A DNA stretch of 64,000 nucleotides from Octopus vulgaris. Lineage: Eukaryota. A program made the position numbers and the translations under genes. The notes beneath the pieces are model-generated. The model was given only the letters and a program-made list of their open reading frames with translations, ran no database searches and was not told the origin of the DNA. Below, one piece after another: positions 14,694 through 27,480 of the stretch. Location: the NCBI GenBank assembly GCA_951406725.2, contig OX597838.1, positions 39,246,001 through 39,310,000 on the forward strand, written 5' to 3'. Position 1 is the first letter of the stretch. Each line of letters starts with the position of its first letter.

Positions 14694-16504
14694 ATCTTAT
14701 TATAAAAGGCAGATTTTATCTGTCTCCCTTTGTAACTTATAGAAATCTACAATATAGGATTTCTTCAATTACAATTTACCTAGCATTTTTAAGAGTAGAA
14801 TGCATCGGGTCATGCCAGGTCCAGTTTTTAAAATTTAAACTCCAATTAAGCAAAATTTACAGAAAACTCACATTCTGGTGTGTATGTCAAATGCTTTTCT
14901 TAATGTGGTTTATACCACACGCACACGCACACACACACAGTGTGCAACGAATAAAATGAAAGTAAATAGCGACAGAGTGATTTGAGGAAGACTAAACTGA
15001 AAGTATTTAAACCACTACTCAAAAAATAAAAAAACACAGCAAACAGAAACAAATAAATACATAACGATTTACTCCTCACACAATTTCTTCAATTAGAGTT
15101 TACCTAAGATTTTTCAAAGTACTCCATTCGCTCATGCCATAATATATTTCTTTCAATTTCACCCCCAATTAAGACAAAATTCGAGAAAACTCAATATTTT
15201 AACATTTCACTCCGAAAGCATTGATGTACATGTGTGCGTGCGTGAGTGTGTGTGTGTGTGTGTGTTTGATGGGTTGTGCGACACAGAAAGTGTGGTGTGT
15301 AAGTGAAGTGCTTTTGTTAGTGTGTGTAAAGAGACAGACAGAGTGAAAGACAGAAATAACTCAACTTTTTTTATTCACTTTTTGTAGTGAGTGACTGAGA
15401 GAGAAAAGAGAGAGAGAGAGGTTATGTATGTATATATGTATGTATGGCTTCAGTGACACACACACACAAAAACACATACCTACGTACACCTAAAGCACGC
15501 ACACACACACACACAAGCGGAGCGCGAACTTCAAAATTTTGGTAGTATTAATTTGCGAGCGTACTTCTAAGCGCGCGTAATTGAAAGTTTTCACTATGAT
15601 ATCACGTGCGAAAAAATTCGAAGGGTTTTGAACAATTGAGATACACATGTCACGCCTGTATTGAAACCATTGCTAAGCTGCCGTAATTGCTTAATTAAGA
15701 CTTTGTTTAAATTGAAAGGGGCAAATATGTGACGAGGTTGAAAAAAAATACCCCAGAAAAAAAAATGTACTGCTGGTATTTATATAATTCACTACTATTT
15801 TGCTACAATGTCATGAAAAAGAAAAAATTTAGGTATGTAAATCGAATTTAAGTCGTGCCATCCACCCCATACAAAACGCAACATCCCATACTGCCTAGCC
15901 AGAAGAATTTGTACCATTGTAGAAGATGCAAATATCAGGAACAAACGCCTAACAGAACTAAGAGAATTTTTGCTCAAACAAAAATACCCATCTCTACTTA
16001 TAGAAAATGGCATACGTTCGCGTTTGTGTAAAAAAAATTATTATTTAAGTTTTAAAAATTATTTACTTTGTTCAAAAAATATTAATATTAATTAATTTTC
16101 AAGAATTATTTAATTTTATTCTGTAAAATAGTAATTAATTCATTTATCTGTAAATCCGCGAGGTTGTTACTCAGGCACCTAGAATGGTAACCTTCAACTA
16201 ACACTATCTCCTCTGAGACCCTGCGGCGCAAGTTGACCAAAATTGAGAGTATGGTAGAAGAAGGGTTGCTCTTCCTTCCGTAGAACATAAAATTCAAATC
16301 GGACCATGTTAACACCAAAAATTATTTACATCAAAAAGATGCTTTTTTCTATGAAAATCCCTATTTTTTACGATTTTTTCACTGCTGTGTCGCCACTTTT
16401 CGGTGTATTTCGACCAGAAAAATGTTCACAAAATTTTTACTTTTCAAAATTACAATTCCAGCGGGTCGAAACAAACCCGAGCAACGCCGGGCGATACTGC
16501 TAGT
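14694..16504 (+). mobile_element. Non-autonomous Helitron-like element
   Basis: 5' TCttattataaaa...tctgtct. The 3' end has the hairpin cccgagcaacgccggg followed by CTAG-t, the same terminus as at 61622-61652. Confidence 0.7.
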
Positions 16505-16539
16505 ATATATATATATATATATATAAACAATTCATAAAT

Positions 16540-19500
16540 AAGGGCAAACGAAAACATTTCTAATGCCAAATATGCTGAAAAATTGGACATATTGTCCATT
16601 AACCATATAATTTTTTCACAATACGCACGCTACTCGAAAAAAGGTCGACAGAAATTTCTAAAAAATTCCATTATTACCATATCGGACCGATTTCAGGGTT
16701 AGCTCATAACAGCCCTCCCTTCGTCAGTGATACTTATGGCAAAAGAAATAAAATTGATAAAATTTTTTTGAAAAGAAATTTTTTTCGAAAAAAATTTTAT
16801 CCTACATTAGATATAAATTTAAGCGTTCACTTCCGGACTCTCTCACTCTGTGAGGGCCTCAGTTCAAATCGCACGTGTCTCGAATGGGCTGGAGTATTTC
16901 TATTTTGGATGTATTTGGGGTACTTAATTGTGCTCATGACTTAGTGTTTGCTGCTTCCATAGGTTTTTGTGTTTATATATTGGCCGGTATGTATGAATTG
17001 GCATGTGCCACATCGGCTATCATTGCATTTAGATACAGTGAATGTTTGGTCTTTTTTGCTAAGGTCAAATTTTGCCTTTAGTAATTTTTTCAAGTTTTAC
17101 TAAGAACCATAGCTCGATCCGTGGTTATATATTTTAATTCATTACTTTGAGCAATGATTGGTAGGTTTGCTTTGGCAATGTTGAAGATATTCTGGTGACA
17201 TGGGTTGTGTGTCATTATGAATGGTATGACTTGTTCTTGTTTTCCTCTTCCTTGGGTTGTCCTAAGTTGTTGTATGGGTATTTTTATAGCCCGCTGTATG
17301 CCATTTTCTATAAGTAGAGATGGGTATTTTTGTTTGAGCAAAAATTCTCTTAGTTCTGTTAGGCGTTTGTTCCTGATATTTGCATCTTCTACAATGGTAC
17401 AAATTCTTCTGGCTAGGCAGTATGGGATGTTGCGTTTTGTATGGGGTGGATGGCACGACTTAAAGTTCAGGTATTGATGTGTGTCTGTGTGTTTATAGTA
17501 TATATCTGTGGTGATGGTGGTGTCCTTTTTAATTACCATTATATCTAGGAATGGTAATTTGGTACTACTCATCTCCTTTGTAAATTGGAGAGATGGGTGT
17601 AGGTTGTTCAGGAGGATATTGAACTCTTCCAGAGTATTTAGAGATTCTGTCCAGATTATGAAGCAGTCGTCAAGGTATCTCTTCCATGACTTTTCAATAT
17701 ACTTTCTAAATCCAGTGCCATAGTTTACCTCCACCTCTTGGTAGAGTTGTTGCTCTAAGTATCCCATTACAGAGTTGGCATAAACGGGAGCAAACCTCGT
17801 TCCCATCGCCGTGCCTCTAATTTGGATGTAATTCTTTCCATTGAAGAAGAATGTGTTGTTTTCTAGAATAAGTTTGACTGTGTCTAATATAAATGGCACT
17901 GTGAATCTGCTGGGAATCACTTCTCTATGTTTTTCTAACCAGTATTTAATCGCCTTTATTCCTAAATCGTGTGGAATATTGGTGTAGAGGCTTACCACAT
18001 CAAAACTTAGTAAAACTGAATTTGTTTCTGTTGTTTTGGGAATATGGGACAGGAAGTCGATGTCATCCCTGATGAAACTGGGTATGTAAGTACATAGTGG
18101 TTTCAAAACAATGTCAATAAAATTGCTTAGACTGTGGGTAGGGCATGCTGGACCAGCTATAATAGGTCTAAGTTTTAGGTCTTTTGGATGTAGTAATTTT
18201 ATGTACTCACTTCCTTGTTCTTTTACTGCATGTTGAATATATTTTGATTTATGTATTTTCGGTAAGCCGTAGAAGTTGCTGGGTTTTGGTTCGAAATTGG
18301 TGATGCAGTCTCTTTCATTATCGGTAAGTGAGTTGTAGTGTTTTGAAATCAGGTTGGTGATCTTTTTCATGATGTGGCGGTCTATATTTGAGGGTATTTC
18401 ACAATAGAAGATTGTGTCCTTCAGTTGGTCCTCAACCAAATCCTTATAGTATTCGGTATCCATAATAACAATTGCACCACCTTTATCTGCTTGTTTAATT
18501 ATTATTGTTTGATTTGTTAATGTTTGGCCTAACATTGGTATCGCGTCTATGGGGAAATTTAGACAGGATATCAATGTATTGGTCAAGGTAGTTATTTCTT
18601 CCTTTTGGTGGGGTGAAATTTGATTTATTCCTTACTAGGGGTTCATCAATCTCATTACTTTTGTTAGCAAAGAATTCTACAAGTCGTAATTTTCGACAGA
18701 ATTTTTGGATATCCTCCTTTAATTCTTGGTGGTTGGCTGTTGGTGTAGGTGTGAATTTCAGTCCTTTTGACAGAAGTTGGATTTCATCATTGTCAAGATC
18801 TCTTTTTGATAAATTAATTATTTTAGGATCTATACGTTCAGTTGTTTTGGGTATGTTTCCTCTTGGATTTTTTCTTTCTCCGGTGTTTGTTGTCCTGACG
18901 TAAAAAAATGAATTTTTTTCTGTTTATGATTTATATTCCTGTTGATGTTTGCTTGATGAATTTTGCGTTTTGGTTGTGGTATTTTACTTGGTTTCGTTAT
19001 GTTTTCTGTCTTGTTTTTGGTATTATGTATATTATTTTTCAATTTCTTGTTAGTATTGTTTTTAAACTCCTGGGGAAATGATCTGGGTTTACTTCCAGAT
19101 CTAGATCGGTTTTTTGTCCAGTTTCTTGTGGGTAATCTCTGTTGAGGTCTTGAAAATGATCTCCTGTTATTTCTACTGCTAATGGTCTGATCAGAGGAGT
19201 ATCTATTTTGTTTGTGCTTTTTGTTCATGTTGTGTGCATTAGGGTGTTTGCATACAAAAAGGGAAGAGTTCTTACCGTAGTTCGTCTTCGATTCGTGGTG
19301 AAACGGGTGTTCATGTTGCCACGTGTTCTGGCGTATGTTGCGTTGGTGAGGTTGTCCACTTTTAATGCTATTTCTCAGAGTTCTGGTGTCTTTACCGTAA
19401 TTTGTAGCATATTTGTCGAGAAATAATTGTTTCCGCTGCCAAGACATTCTTGATCTGCTTTCTTCTTTTGAGATATCTCTGGTCCATAGTTCTCGCATTT

Positions 19501-19811
19501 TTTCTGCTATATTGCCGGTCGTTAGTTTGGATATTTCGTCTCTGATTTGATTATCGATAGCTTCGTATTTGGCTTTGTAGCGAGATTGTTTAGACAGGGT
19601 AATGGAGATGTCGGTCCTGAATTTTATCAAACTAAGATCCCATCGAAGTTATGTTTCTTCCTCTGGTTCTCCTGCAATTTCATTAATTAGGTACTTCCGA
19701 GGAAGTATGGGTGCCGCTAAAGATATCCATTTCGAATGTATTTCAGCATATTTTTTGCATTTATATGCCTTCCAGCAGTTTTGTTTTCTTATGTTAAGTT
19801 TTTTTCATGTC
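16540..19811 (-). mobile_element. Penelope-like retroelement (Neptune-like); RT present, GIY-YIG region largely deleted
   Basis: ORF 17090..18586 has ADKGGAIV, FYGLPKIHK, FDVVSLYTNIP, GTAMG, RYLDD, LPFLD and SCHPPHTKRNIPY. A CxxxRCGTC linker lies near 17000-17030, and an N-terminal region at 18830..19630. Confidence 0.9.
16679..16733 (-). ncRNA. Minimal type I hammerhead ribozyme in the 3' region (pLTR) of a PLE
   Basis: Minus strand reads gtatca-CTGACGA-aggg..ccct-GAAA-tcg-GTC-cgatat. It lies just downstream of the PLE ORF on the same strand. Confidence 0.65.
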
Positions 19812-20640
19812 TTCCGTATTGTGAAGAAATATATGTAGGTCAGACGAGAAATGCACTATCAGAACGCTCACGTGTACACCGACAACAGATTAGAGACCCA
19901 GAGGTCTGTCAGATACCGTTGAGTAACCACCTAGCAACATGTGGTCGGAAAATATATACATTATTTCCATTCTACAAATTACACAGCCCAAGTGAAATCG
20001 AGAGGAAAATCAGAGAAAAGAATTTTATTGATAAATTCGAACCCAAGCTAAATAAGCAATAATAATAATAATACTTAGAGGTACTACTTATACTGCTACG
20101 ACCATGACCACTAACAACAACAACAATACTAAAGGTGATCAAGATGAAGATAGCAGGAAAATTATCTTATTTAGGGTTAAAAGTTCTATTGCTACCACCA
20201 ACACCACTAGCAACAATAATTAAGGTGCTGACAATGATGATGATGACATTTGAAATATAAAAATCCCTGACAAAGGCTATTTACAACATTTCTAAAAATA
20301 GCCCAACAATTGCTGCCTCGGCCAGGGTTAAGATACAGGACTCTTGACATGTTCAACAAAGCGTGACGCCTAAACCAACCAATCAGCTTAAGTAATTGAG
20401 TGATGCTACACACTGATTGGTCAGAATACAGTTTGCAAAACCTAGCAATCTGGAGCCCACACAGGTGTATTTAAGGCACAGATTTAACCATCTCGCTACA
20501 GTCAAAAATTGTGAAGCATGACTGTCACCACTACTACATGAATCCGAAGATTGCATAATTTAATGCATGAAAGTACTAGTTCAATCAGAATGAACATTTA
20601 ACATTCTACTATTTTATTTTATTCTATTATATTATATTAT
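19812..20640 (+). mobile_element. 5'-truncated PLE end: GIY-YIG endonuclease C-terminus plus 3' region, head-to-head with the adjacent PLE
   Basis: CEEIYVGQTRNALSERSRVH...REKNFIDKFEPKLN, ending at 20062, followed by a hammerhead at 20539. Confidence 0.8.
20539..20583 (+). ncRNA. Minimal type I hammerhead ribozyme (one core substitution)
   Basis: tgaat-CCGAAGA-t-tgcat-aattta-atgca-t-GAAA-gtac-TA-gttca. Stems I and II pair, and stem III is palindromic (AGTACT). Confidence 0.7.
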
Positions 20641-20708
20641 CTTATAATATATCATTATAAGATTGTAAATAAAACGTGAAAATCAGACAAGGTTGGAATT
20701 CCTTTTAT

Positions 20709-20940
<232 letters not shown>

Positions 20941-21091
20941 TAAAATTCAATTATCCGCACCAACGCACGGTTGCAACACCAAATGGTTTTATCTCCAACC
21001 GTGCTTTCTTCTGCTGTGATTTTTGCTACCAAGGTATCGGTTAAACTTTTGATTAATCTGCAACAAGATTATTCATCTTTCTATTTTACCA

Positions 21092-21187
<96 letters not shown>

Positions 21188-21299
21188 TATGTATGTGTGT
21201 ATGTGCGTGCGTGTGTTTGTGTGTGTTTGTCCCACACCACCCAACACCATTCAGAGGTTTGGGTCTTCGCTTCTATATACTACATAGTTTTGTTGCCTT

Positions 21300-22050
21300 A
21301 GCTATGAAATAATGGTTTATTCAAAGTAGTCGCCCTCAGTTTCCACCACGGCCTCAAGACGACTCCAAAGCCTAGCGCATGCATCAACTCACTGAGTCCG
21401 TGGGAAGATCTTCAAGCACTTTCTTAATCTTGGTCACTAGCTCGGCCATGGTGCTGCAAGCGGTGCAGATGGTGTCTTTCTCAACCGCGCCCCACACATA
21501 ATAATCCATGGTATTAAAATTGAGGGAATTAGAAGTCCAGAAATTGGGTCTGGTGAAGTCGTAAAGTTGTAAGGATTCTCCAATTTCAGACTTTCCGGAG
21601 GTGTGGCAAGGAATCGAATTCTGTGGGCCACACATATGGCATTTCGGTAGAACCCTCCCCAGACTGATTTTCAACCACAGTTTCCAGCAGCTTCATATAA
21701 CCGTCTGAATTGAGCCTAAGGCCCTGTTCTGGCGTGCTGGCGCAGTTAGAACGCTTGTTGTGTCGTCCACGTCTTTGTATCTCCGTTGCAGTTGTCCGTC
21801 ACTTCTTTCAGCCTTTATAATGTTCACAGAGCATTGAGCAGAGGTCATGATGTCAGTATTCTGACACCCGGCACGAGTCGTCAATATACAGGGAACTCTT
21901 CTCTAATGTTCAAATGGCTTCCAGTCCTCCATATCAGTAAACTTTTTCTCAACATGCTCACCAACGCCGTTGACTGTTCACTGCTACATTAAGTTGTTCA
22001 TGGAAAACAGAAGACATAAAAATTGTCAAATTTACCCCGAACACCCTATA
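21300..22050 (-). mobile_element. Degenerate Tc1/mariner DNA transposon
   Basis: DFTRPNFWTSNSLNFNTMDYYVWGAVEK resembles the WPPxSPDLNPxDxxW transposase motif. The terminus ta(c/t)agggtgttcggggtaaatttgac lies at 22020-22050, with a mirrored copy at 63845-64000. Confidence 0.7.
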
Positions 22051-22141
22051 TGTTTGATCAGCACCGCTTTAGAAGTAACCTCTAATACAACAATAACAAC
22101 AAGAACAACATCCTACTTTTTTTCTTTTCTCCATTTTTCAG

Positions 22142-22299
22142 CTGTCACTAAGGAATGCCTGCAACACAGTAAGGATTTGGACTGCAGGTTCTATGATTGT
22201 TTACACAAAAGATTTCCCTGTGGTGGACCCAAGAAGAAGAATAGGCCCCGTACTCACTGTGTGACAGCCAAGGAAAGAGCAAATAAATTGACTGATGTG
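22142..22299 (+). CDS. Stanniocalcin-like gene L, coding exon A (internal; the upstream signal-peptide exon was not found)
   Basis: Polypyrimidine tract plus ttttcAG acceptor and GTaggt donor, phase 1 to 0. Translates to VTKECLQHSKDLDCRFYDCLHKRFPCGGPKKKNRPRTHCVTAKERANKLTDV. A paralogous 158-bp exon lies at 63595-63752. Confidence 0.85.
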
Positions 22300-22355
22300 G
22301 TAGGTCAAGCGTCTGATTAGAAACGCGCCTGAGAAATAGTAAGAAACAAAAGAGT

Positions 22356-22392
<37 letters not shown>

Positions 22393-22548
22393 GGAGAGAA
22401 AGAGAGAGAGAGAGAGCATGAAGAGAAAGTTAAGAGGAAGGAGGATGTCATGTTTTATTATCATTATTATATCTTAAGGTGGCGAGCTGGCAGAATCGTT
22501 TGCACGCCGGACGAAATGCTTAGCCGTATTTCGTCTGCCGCTACATTC

Positions 22549-25500
22549 TGTAGTGCAATTTTCTGTATGTTATATGTTTTTGTATGTCCTGGTGGTTTTG
22601 TTATGTATTTGTCTGAATAGGTTTTTATCATGCCTAATGCACCTACTATGATAGAAATTGTTTCTGTATTTAGATTCCACATTCTAGTTACCTCTATTTC
22701 CAGGTCTTTGTATTTTGAGAGTTTCTCCATTTCTTTTAGAGACACGTTGTCATCTGCCGGTATTGATACATCAATTAGAAAGCATTTTTTTCTTCATGAT
22801 CTTTGAAAACTATATCTGGTCTGTTGGCCTTAATTTCTCTATCTGTGTGTATCGGCATATCCCAGAGTATGGTTGCTTTCTCGTTTTCTGTGACCTTTTC
22901 TGGTGTGTGCCTATACCATCTTTTTTCTGTTGTTATTCCATAATGTTGGCATAGATTCCAGTGTATGTAGGTTCCAACTCTGTCATGTATGTGAATATAT
23001 TCCTTCTTAGCCAGGACTGGGCAGCCAGAGATAATATGATTTATTGTTTCTTGTCCATCTCCACATATTCTGCAGTTACTTGTAATATTTCTTTTCATTA
23101 CATGTTTTTGGTAATTTCTGGTGGGGAGGCTTTGGTCTTGTGCTGCAATTAAAAATCCCTCTATCTCTGCTTTGAGTCCTGAGCTTCTCAACCATTGCTG
23201 GGATTTTTCTTTGTCTATTTCGTTTGCGTTTAGTTTAGTCCAGTATTTACCATGAACGGGCTTTTCTTGCCATCGTCTTATCATGGTTCGTTGCTGTTCT
23301 ATTTTTAGTATAGATTTCATTTGTTTTATAGCTTTCGTTGTTTCTTTTTCTTCTTCTTCTTCTTCTTCTTCTTCTTCTTCTTCTTCTTCTTCTTCTTCTT
23401 CTTCATATTTATTAGGTGGTATGATTTCTTGTTTGTATTTGTCAGCTTCCTTAAATACTGAGAACAGTTTTTCGTTTTGCTCGTGTTTTGCCGCTATTTG
23501 TATCAGTTTTCCTTCCTTCTGAAGTAGATATTTTTGCAGTCCTATGGTGGTTATTTTATAGTAGTTTTCCAGCTGCATAAAGCCTCTACCACCTTCTATA
23601 CGTTGTATATATAGTCTTTCTATGTCAGATTTTGGGTGATGCATCCTAGATCCTATCATTATTTTTCTTGTTTTCCAATCTATTTTGGTCAGTTCATTTA
23701 GTGTCCAGTTAAGGTTATTGTAGCTGTAACTTATAACTGGGACAGCTAAAGTTTTAATACCTATTATCTTGTTTTTAATATTGAGCTCTGTTTTTAGTAT
23801 TGATCTAACTCGTCTATAATATTCTTTTTTTATTTTCTCTTTCATTTGTTTGTGTTGTGTCTTATCTATTTCATGGATTCCTAAGTATTTGTAAGTTTGG
23901 CTTTGGTCTAACTTTTGTATTTCATTGGTTTTATCTAGTGCGATGTTGCTACTCTGAACTAGTTTTCCTCTTTTCATGTTTACTTTGGCGCATTTTTCTA
24001 ATCCAAATTTCATATCTATTTTTTTGGTAAATCCATGAACCGTCTTTAATAGTGTTTCCAGTTGTTTGTCATTTGCAGCGTATAGTTTTAGGTCATCCAT
24101 ATATAAAAGGTGACTGATCGTTTTGCCGTAATATTTATATCCGCATCCAGTTCTATTTAGCATATCCGATAGAGGTGACAGTGCCAAGCAGAAAAGGAGT
24201 GGAGAGAGCGTGTCTCCCTGGAATATTCCTCTTCTAATGGGGATGGCTTTGGTTTTCATGAGTCCCTCTTTTGTTTGGAGCTGTAGCACTGTTTGCCATT
24301 TATTCATAGAGTGCCCTATGAATTTTATAATTGTTGGAGCTACTTTGTTAATGGCTAGTGTTTCGAGGATCCATGTGTGGGGGATGCTATCAAACGCCTT
24401 TTTGTAGTCGATCGAGGCCATACTGAGGCCTTTCTTCTTTCTGTGGCTGTCTTCAATTATGGGTTTATTAATCATTAGTTGATCTTTACAGCCATATGAG
24501 CCTTTGCGGGATCCTTTCTGCTCTTCTGGAAACAGTTTGTTTTCGTCCAGGTGCTTGTTCAACCTTTGCGATATCACTGCAGTAAATGCCTTGTACATTG
24601 TAGGGAGACAGGTTATTGGTCTGTAGTTTTCTGGTTTTGCTGTCTCATTTGATTTGGGAATTAAGATGGTTTTCCCCTTCGTGAGCCATTCAGGCATTGT
24701 CTCTGGCTCTGCTAGTATGTTGTTAAGGTTTTCAGCCAGCTTTTTGTGCATTCCTGTTAGATATTTCAACCAGAAGTTGGGGATCTTGTCATGCCCAGGT
24801 GCCTTCCAGTTGCTTAGTCTTTGCAGTGCCTGGGTGACCTCTTCAGTTGTTATGGGGGTCCAAAGTTGCTCAGATGCTGAGTTTGTTGTTTTAATACTCC
24901 TTTTTTTGGTTGTTCGTTCGCCGACCATATTTCTCTCCAGAATTCTTCCACTTCTTCTGCCGTTGGTGCTGCAGTGATTTCTATTTTATTTTTGCCAAGT
25001 TCTTGGTAGAACTTTTTGTTTTGTTCAAAGAAGCGCTGGCGTTTCTCGTACCGGCGGATCCTTTGTGCTTTGGCAAGGATATCTTGCTTCAGCTATTCTT
25101 TTATCTCGAGTAAATCTTTTACTGTGATGTTATATTTGCGGAGTATTTTTGTTTTCTTTTTGTTGCTCAGTAGCGTTGATTGTCTACTGATTTCATTAAG
25201 AATCGACAGACCTTTTCTCATTTTTTGTATTTTGTTTTGGATGTTATTTATCCACAGGGTTTGTTTGGGTGGTGGTACTCCTGTTTGGATGGGTTTGAGT
25301 GAGTATCCAGCTTCTTTTGTGGCTGCAGTGGCTGCTGCATATACTAAGTCATTTAGCTCAGTGATATCGCTTTTTGTTTCAGTGGCTATTAGTTTCGTGA
25401 CGGCTAGGTTTATACTGTTTATAATTGGTGTTGTTTCGTCGATTTTGATTTTTGGGAGGTATGGTCGGTGTTCCATTTTGAGCTCTGTGGTTTTCAGTTC

Positions 25501-25900
25501 TTTGATTATTTTACTTTTTATATTATCATAATCATTAGGCTCCCTTTCGTTGCTTCCAGGTTTTAGATTTGTGTCGCTTTCTTTCTTATTTATATGTTTG
25601 TTTGTCGTGTTTTGGCTTGCTGTTTCTCGTGTATTATTATGCATCCATACGGTCTGGGTTTGTTGTTTTTTGTTTACATCGTGTTTGTTGGGAATGTTAC
25701 GTTTGTCTTCGTGTTTTACTGTTTCAGTGTTTATATTATTGGGCATTGTTGTGTGGCTTCTATCTACATTTTCCTGGTGTATTTTTTCTTTTAAATGTTC
25801 AATTTCTATTTCTGATATTTTTTTGGCTTTGAGAATGTATCTTCGTACGTTAGCTAGTTTATTAGGGTTCATTGCCGTATCCAAGTCTATATTTATGTTA
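22549..25900 (-). mobile_element. R4/Dong-like non-LTR retrotransposon (RT plus restriction-like endonuclease), frameshifted, intronic
   Basis: ORFs 25093..25884 and 22775..24928. Motifs YRPITCL, GIFQGDTLSPLLF, YMDDLKL, CRIC..ETINHIISGC, HDRV, RPDIV and EKLSKY. Confidence 0.9.
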
Positions 25901-26104
25901 TTTTCTAATATTTACGTTATTTTCTAATATTTATGTTATTTTCTAATATTCCATACATTAAGTATGTTGACAACCAATTAATCTTTAATTTAACAAATAG
26001 ATGGCAACCCTAACCATTCAGGACACGGCCGTCACTGACCGAGTGTCTCTCTCTATTTTTCCTTTCATCCCTTCACTATTTTTTAACATGTATACATTAT
26101 CGTA

Positions 26105-26385
26105 TGTGAAGGCGCATAGCACAGTGGTTAGAGGGTCGGGTTCACAAGCATGAGGTAGTGAGTTCGACTCCCGGACCGAGGCGTGTGTTGTGTTCTTGTG
26201 GTGCCAAGCTGTATCGGCTTTTCCTTCGCATAACATCGGTTGCTTGCAGATGGGAGGCTGGTATCCAGAGCTGACTACTGATCTTCCATAAACAACCCTG
26301 CCCAGAACTGTGCTTCGGAGGGCAACTTTCTAACTGCAGTCCCATGGTCATTCATAACCAAAGGGGTTCTTTTTACTCTTTCTTT
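26105..26385 (+). mobile_element. tRNA-derived SINE
   Basis: A-box-like agcacagtggttaga and B-box gagttcgactccc. A mirrored, longer copy lies at about 58005-58322. Confidence 0.7.
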
Positions 26386-26612
26386 TTCTACGCCACATTC
26401 TTATCTTGATATTCTATTCCTTACTTCCTAATTCCGCCAGATTAGAGAGACCGCGTACTGGGATCTCTGTTATCTACTTGGCCTCCATCCCTCTCAAAAT
26501 TGCTGGTCTTGTAGATAGAATTAGTATTCTCTTTCCCCAAATAAATAAATACATAAATAATCTCTAAAAGTGTCAATTTCTGTTTTCACTAACCACTGTC
26601 TAACGTTCACAG

Positions 26613-26839
26613 GGGAAGATCTGGATTAATAGTATCATAAAATGTTACTTGGAATCGATGACACGCATCTACCAACGTCCGACACTCGATTGTACTCAAG
26701 TCGACGATTTGGTCATGGACACACAAAAACAATGTTACACAGCTAATGATTTCTGTAATGTTGGCTGGAAGCACCGCAATGAACTGTGGAGAATATTCAG
26801 GGAACCCATAAAGTCGTCCAAAGCACATTACTATAAAAT
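26613..26839 (+). CDS. Stanniocalcin-like gene L, coding exon B
   Basis: cacAG acceptor and GTaagt donor, 227 bp, phase 0 to 2. Translates to GKIWINSIIKCYLESMTRIYQRPTLDCTQVDDLVMDTQKQCYTANDFCNVGWKHRNELWRIFREPIKSSKAHYYK, in frame with exon A. Confidence 0.87.
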
Positions 26840-27059
26840 GTAAGTATTTGTTATTTTTGTTGTTGTTGGCGGTGGTGATAGTAATAGAGGAGGTGGTGGT
26901 GGTGGTGGTGGTGGTAGTCGTGATGATGGTTGCATTGATCGAGTGAGGGACATCTTGGTGTTGTGGAGGGACATGTAATTGTTGGCGGAGACTCAGTTCA
27001 ATTTTGCTCGAACATTCAGATGGACGGGTGTCGTTCTGGATATCAGGATATAACATATG

Positions 27060-27223
27060 TGTGGCTGTGTAGGAAGAAGCTTGCTTCCAAATCACATGGT
27101 TCCGGGTTCAGTCCTACTGCATGGCACCTTGGGCAAGTGTCTTCTTCTACAACCTCGAGCCGACCAAATCCTTGAGTGAATTTGATAGGCCGAAACTGAA
27201 TGAAGCCCGTCGGTTGTATGTGT

Positions 27224-27262
<39 letters not shown>

Positions 27263-27480
27263 TGTATGTGTATCTGTGTGTGTGTGTGTGTTTCCCCTAA
27301 CTGTGTTTTCCCAACCACAACGCACGACTACCGGTGTTGGTGTGTATACGTCCCCACGAATTAGCGGTTCGGCAAAATAGATAGGCTTAAACAATGAGGA
27401 CTGGTATCGATACGCTCGACTAAAATTCTTCAAGGCGTGCCACAATATGGCCGCAGCTTAAATGAATGAAACAAGTAAAA
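27060..27480 (+). mobile_element. Octopus-type SINE with internal (TG)n
   Basis: gtggctgtgt..agcttgcttcc..catggttccgggttca..ggcaccttgggcaagtg...tgaaacaagtaaa. The same family occurs at 33480-33850, 48440-48810 and 56880-57285. Confidence 0.75.

Noticed and set aside
21935-21992. MFKWLPVLHISKLFL... as a possible signal peptide
   Set aside because: It lies inside the mariner remnant and ends in a stop with no suitable donor.
26105-26180. tRNA-like sequences (also at 27857 and 29380)
   Set aside because: They have A/B boxes but no convincing cloverleaf and run into repeat bodies, so they are SINE heads.
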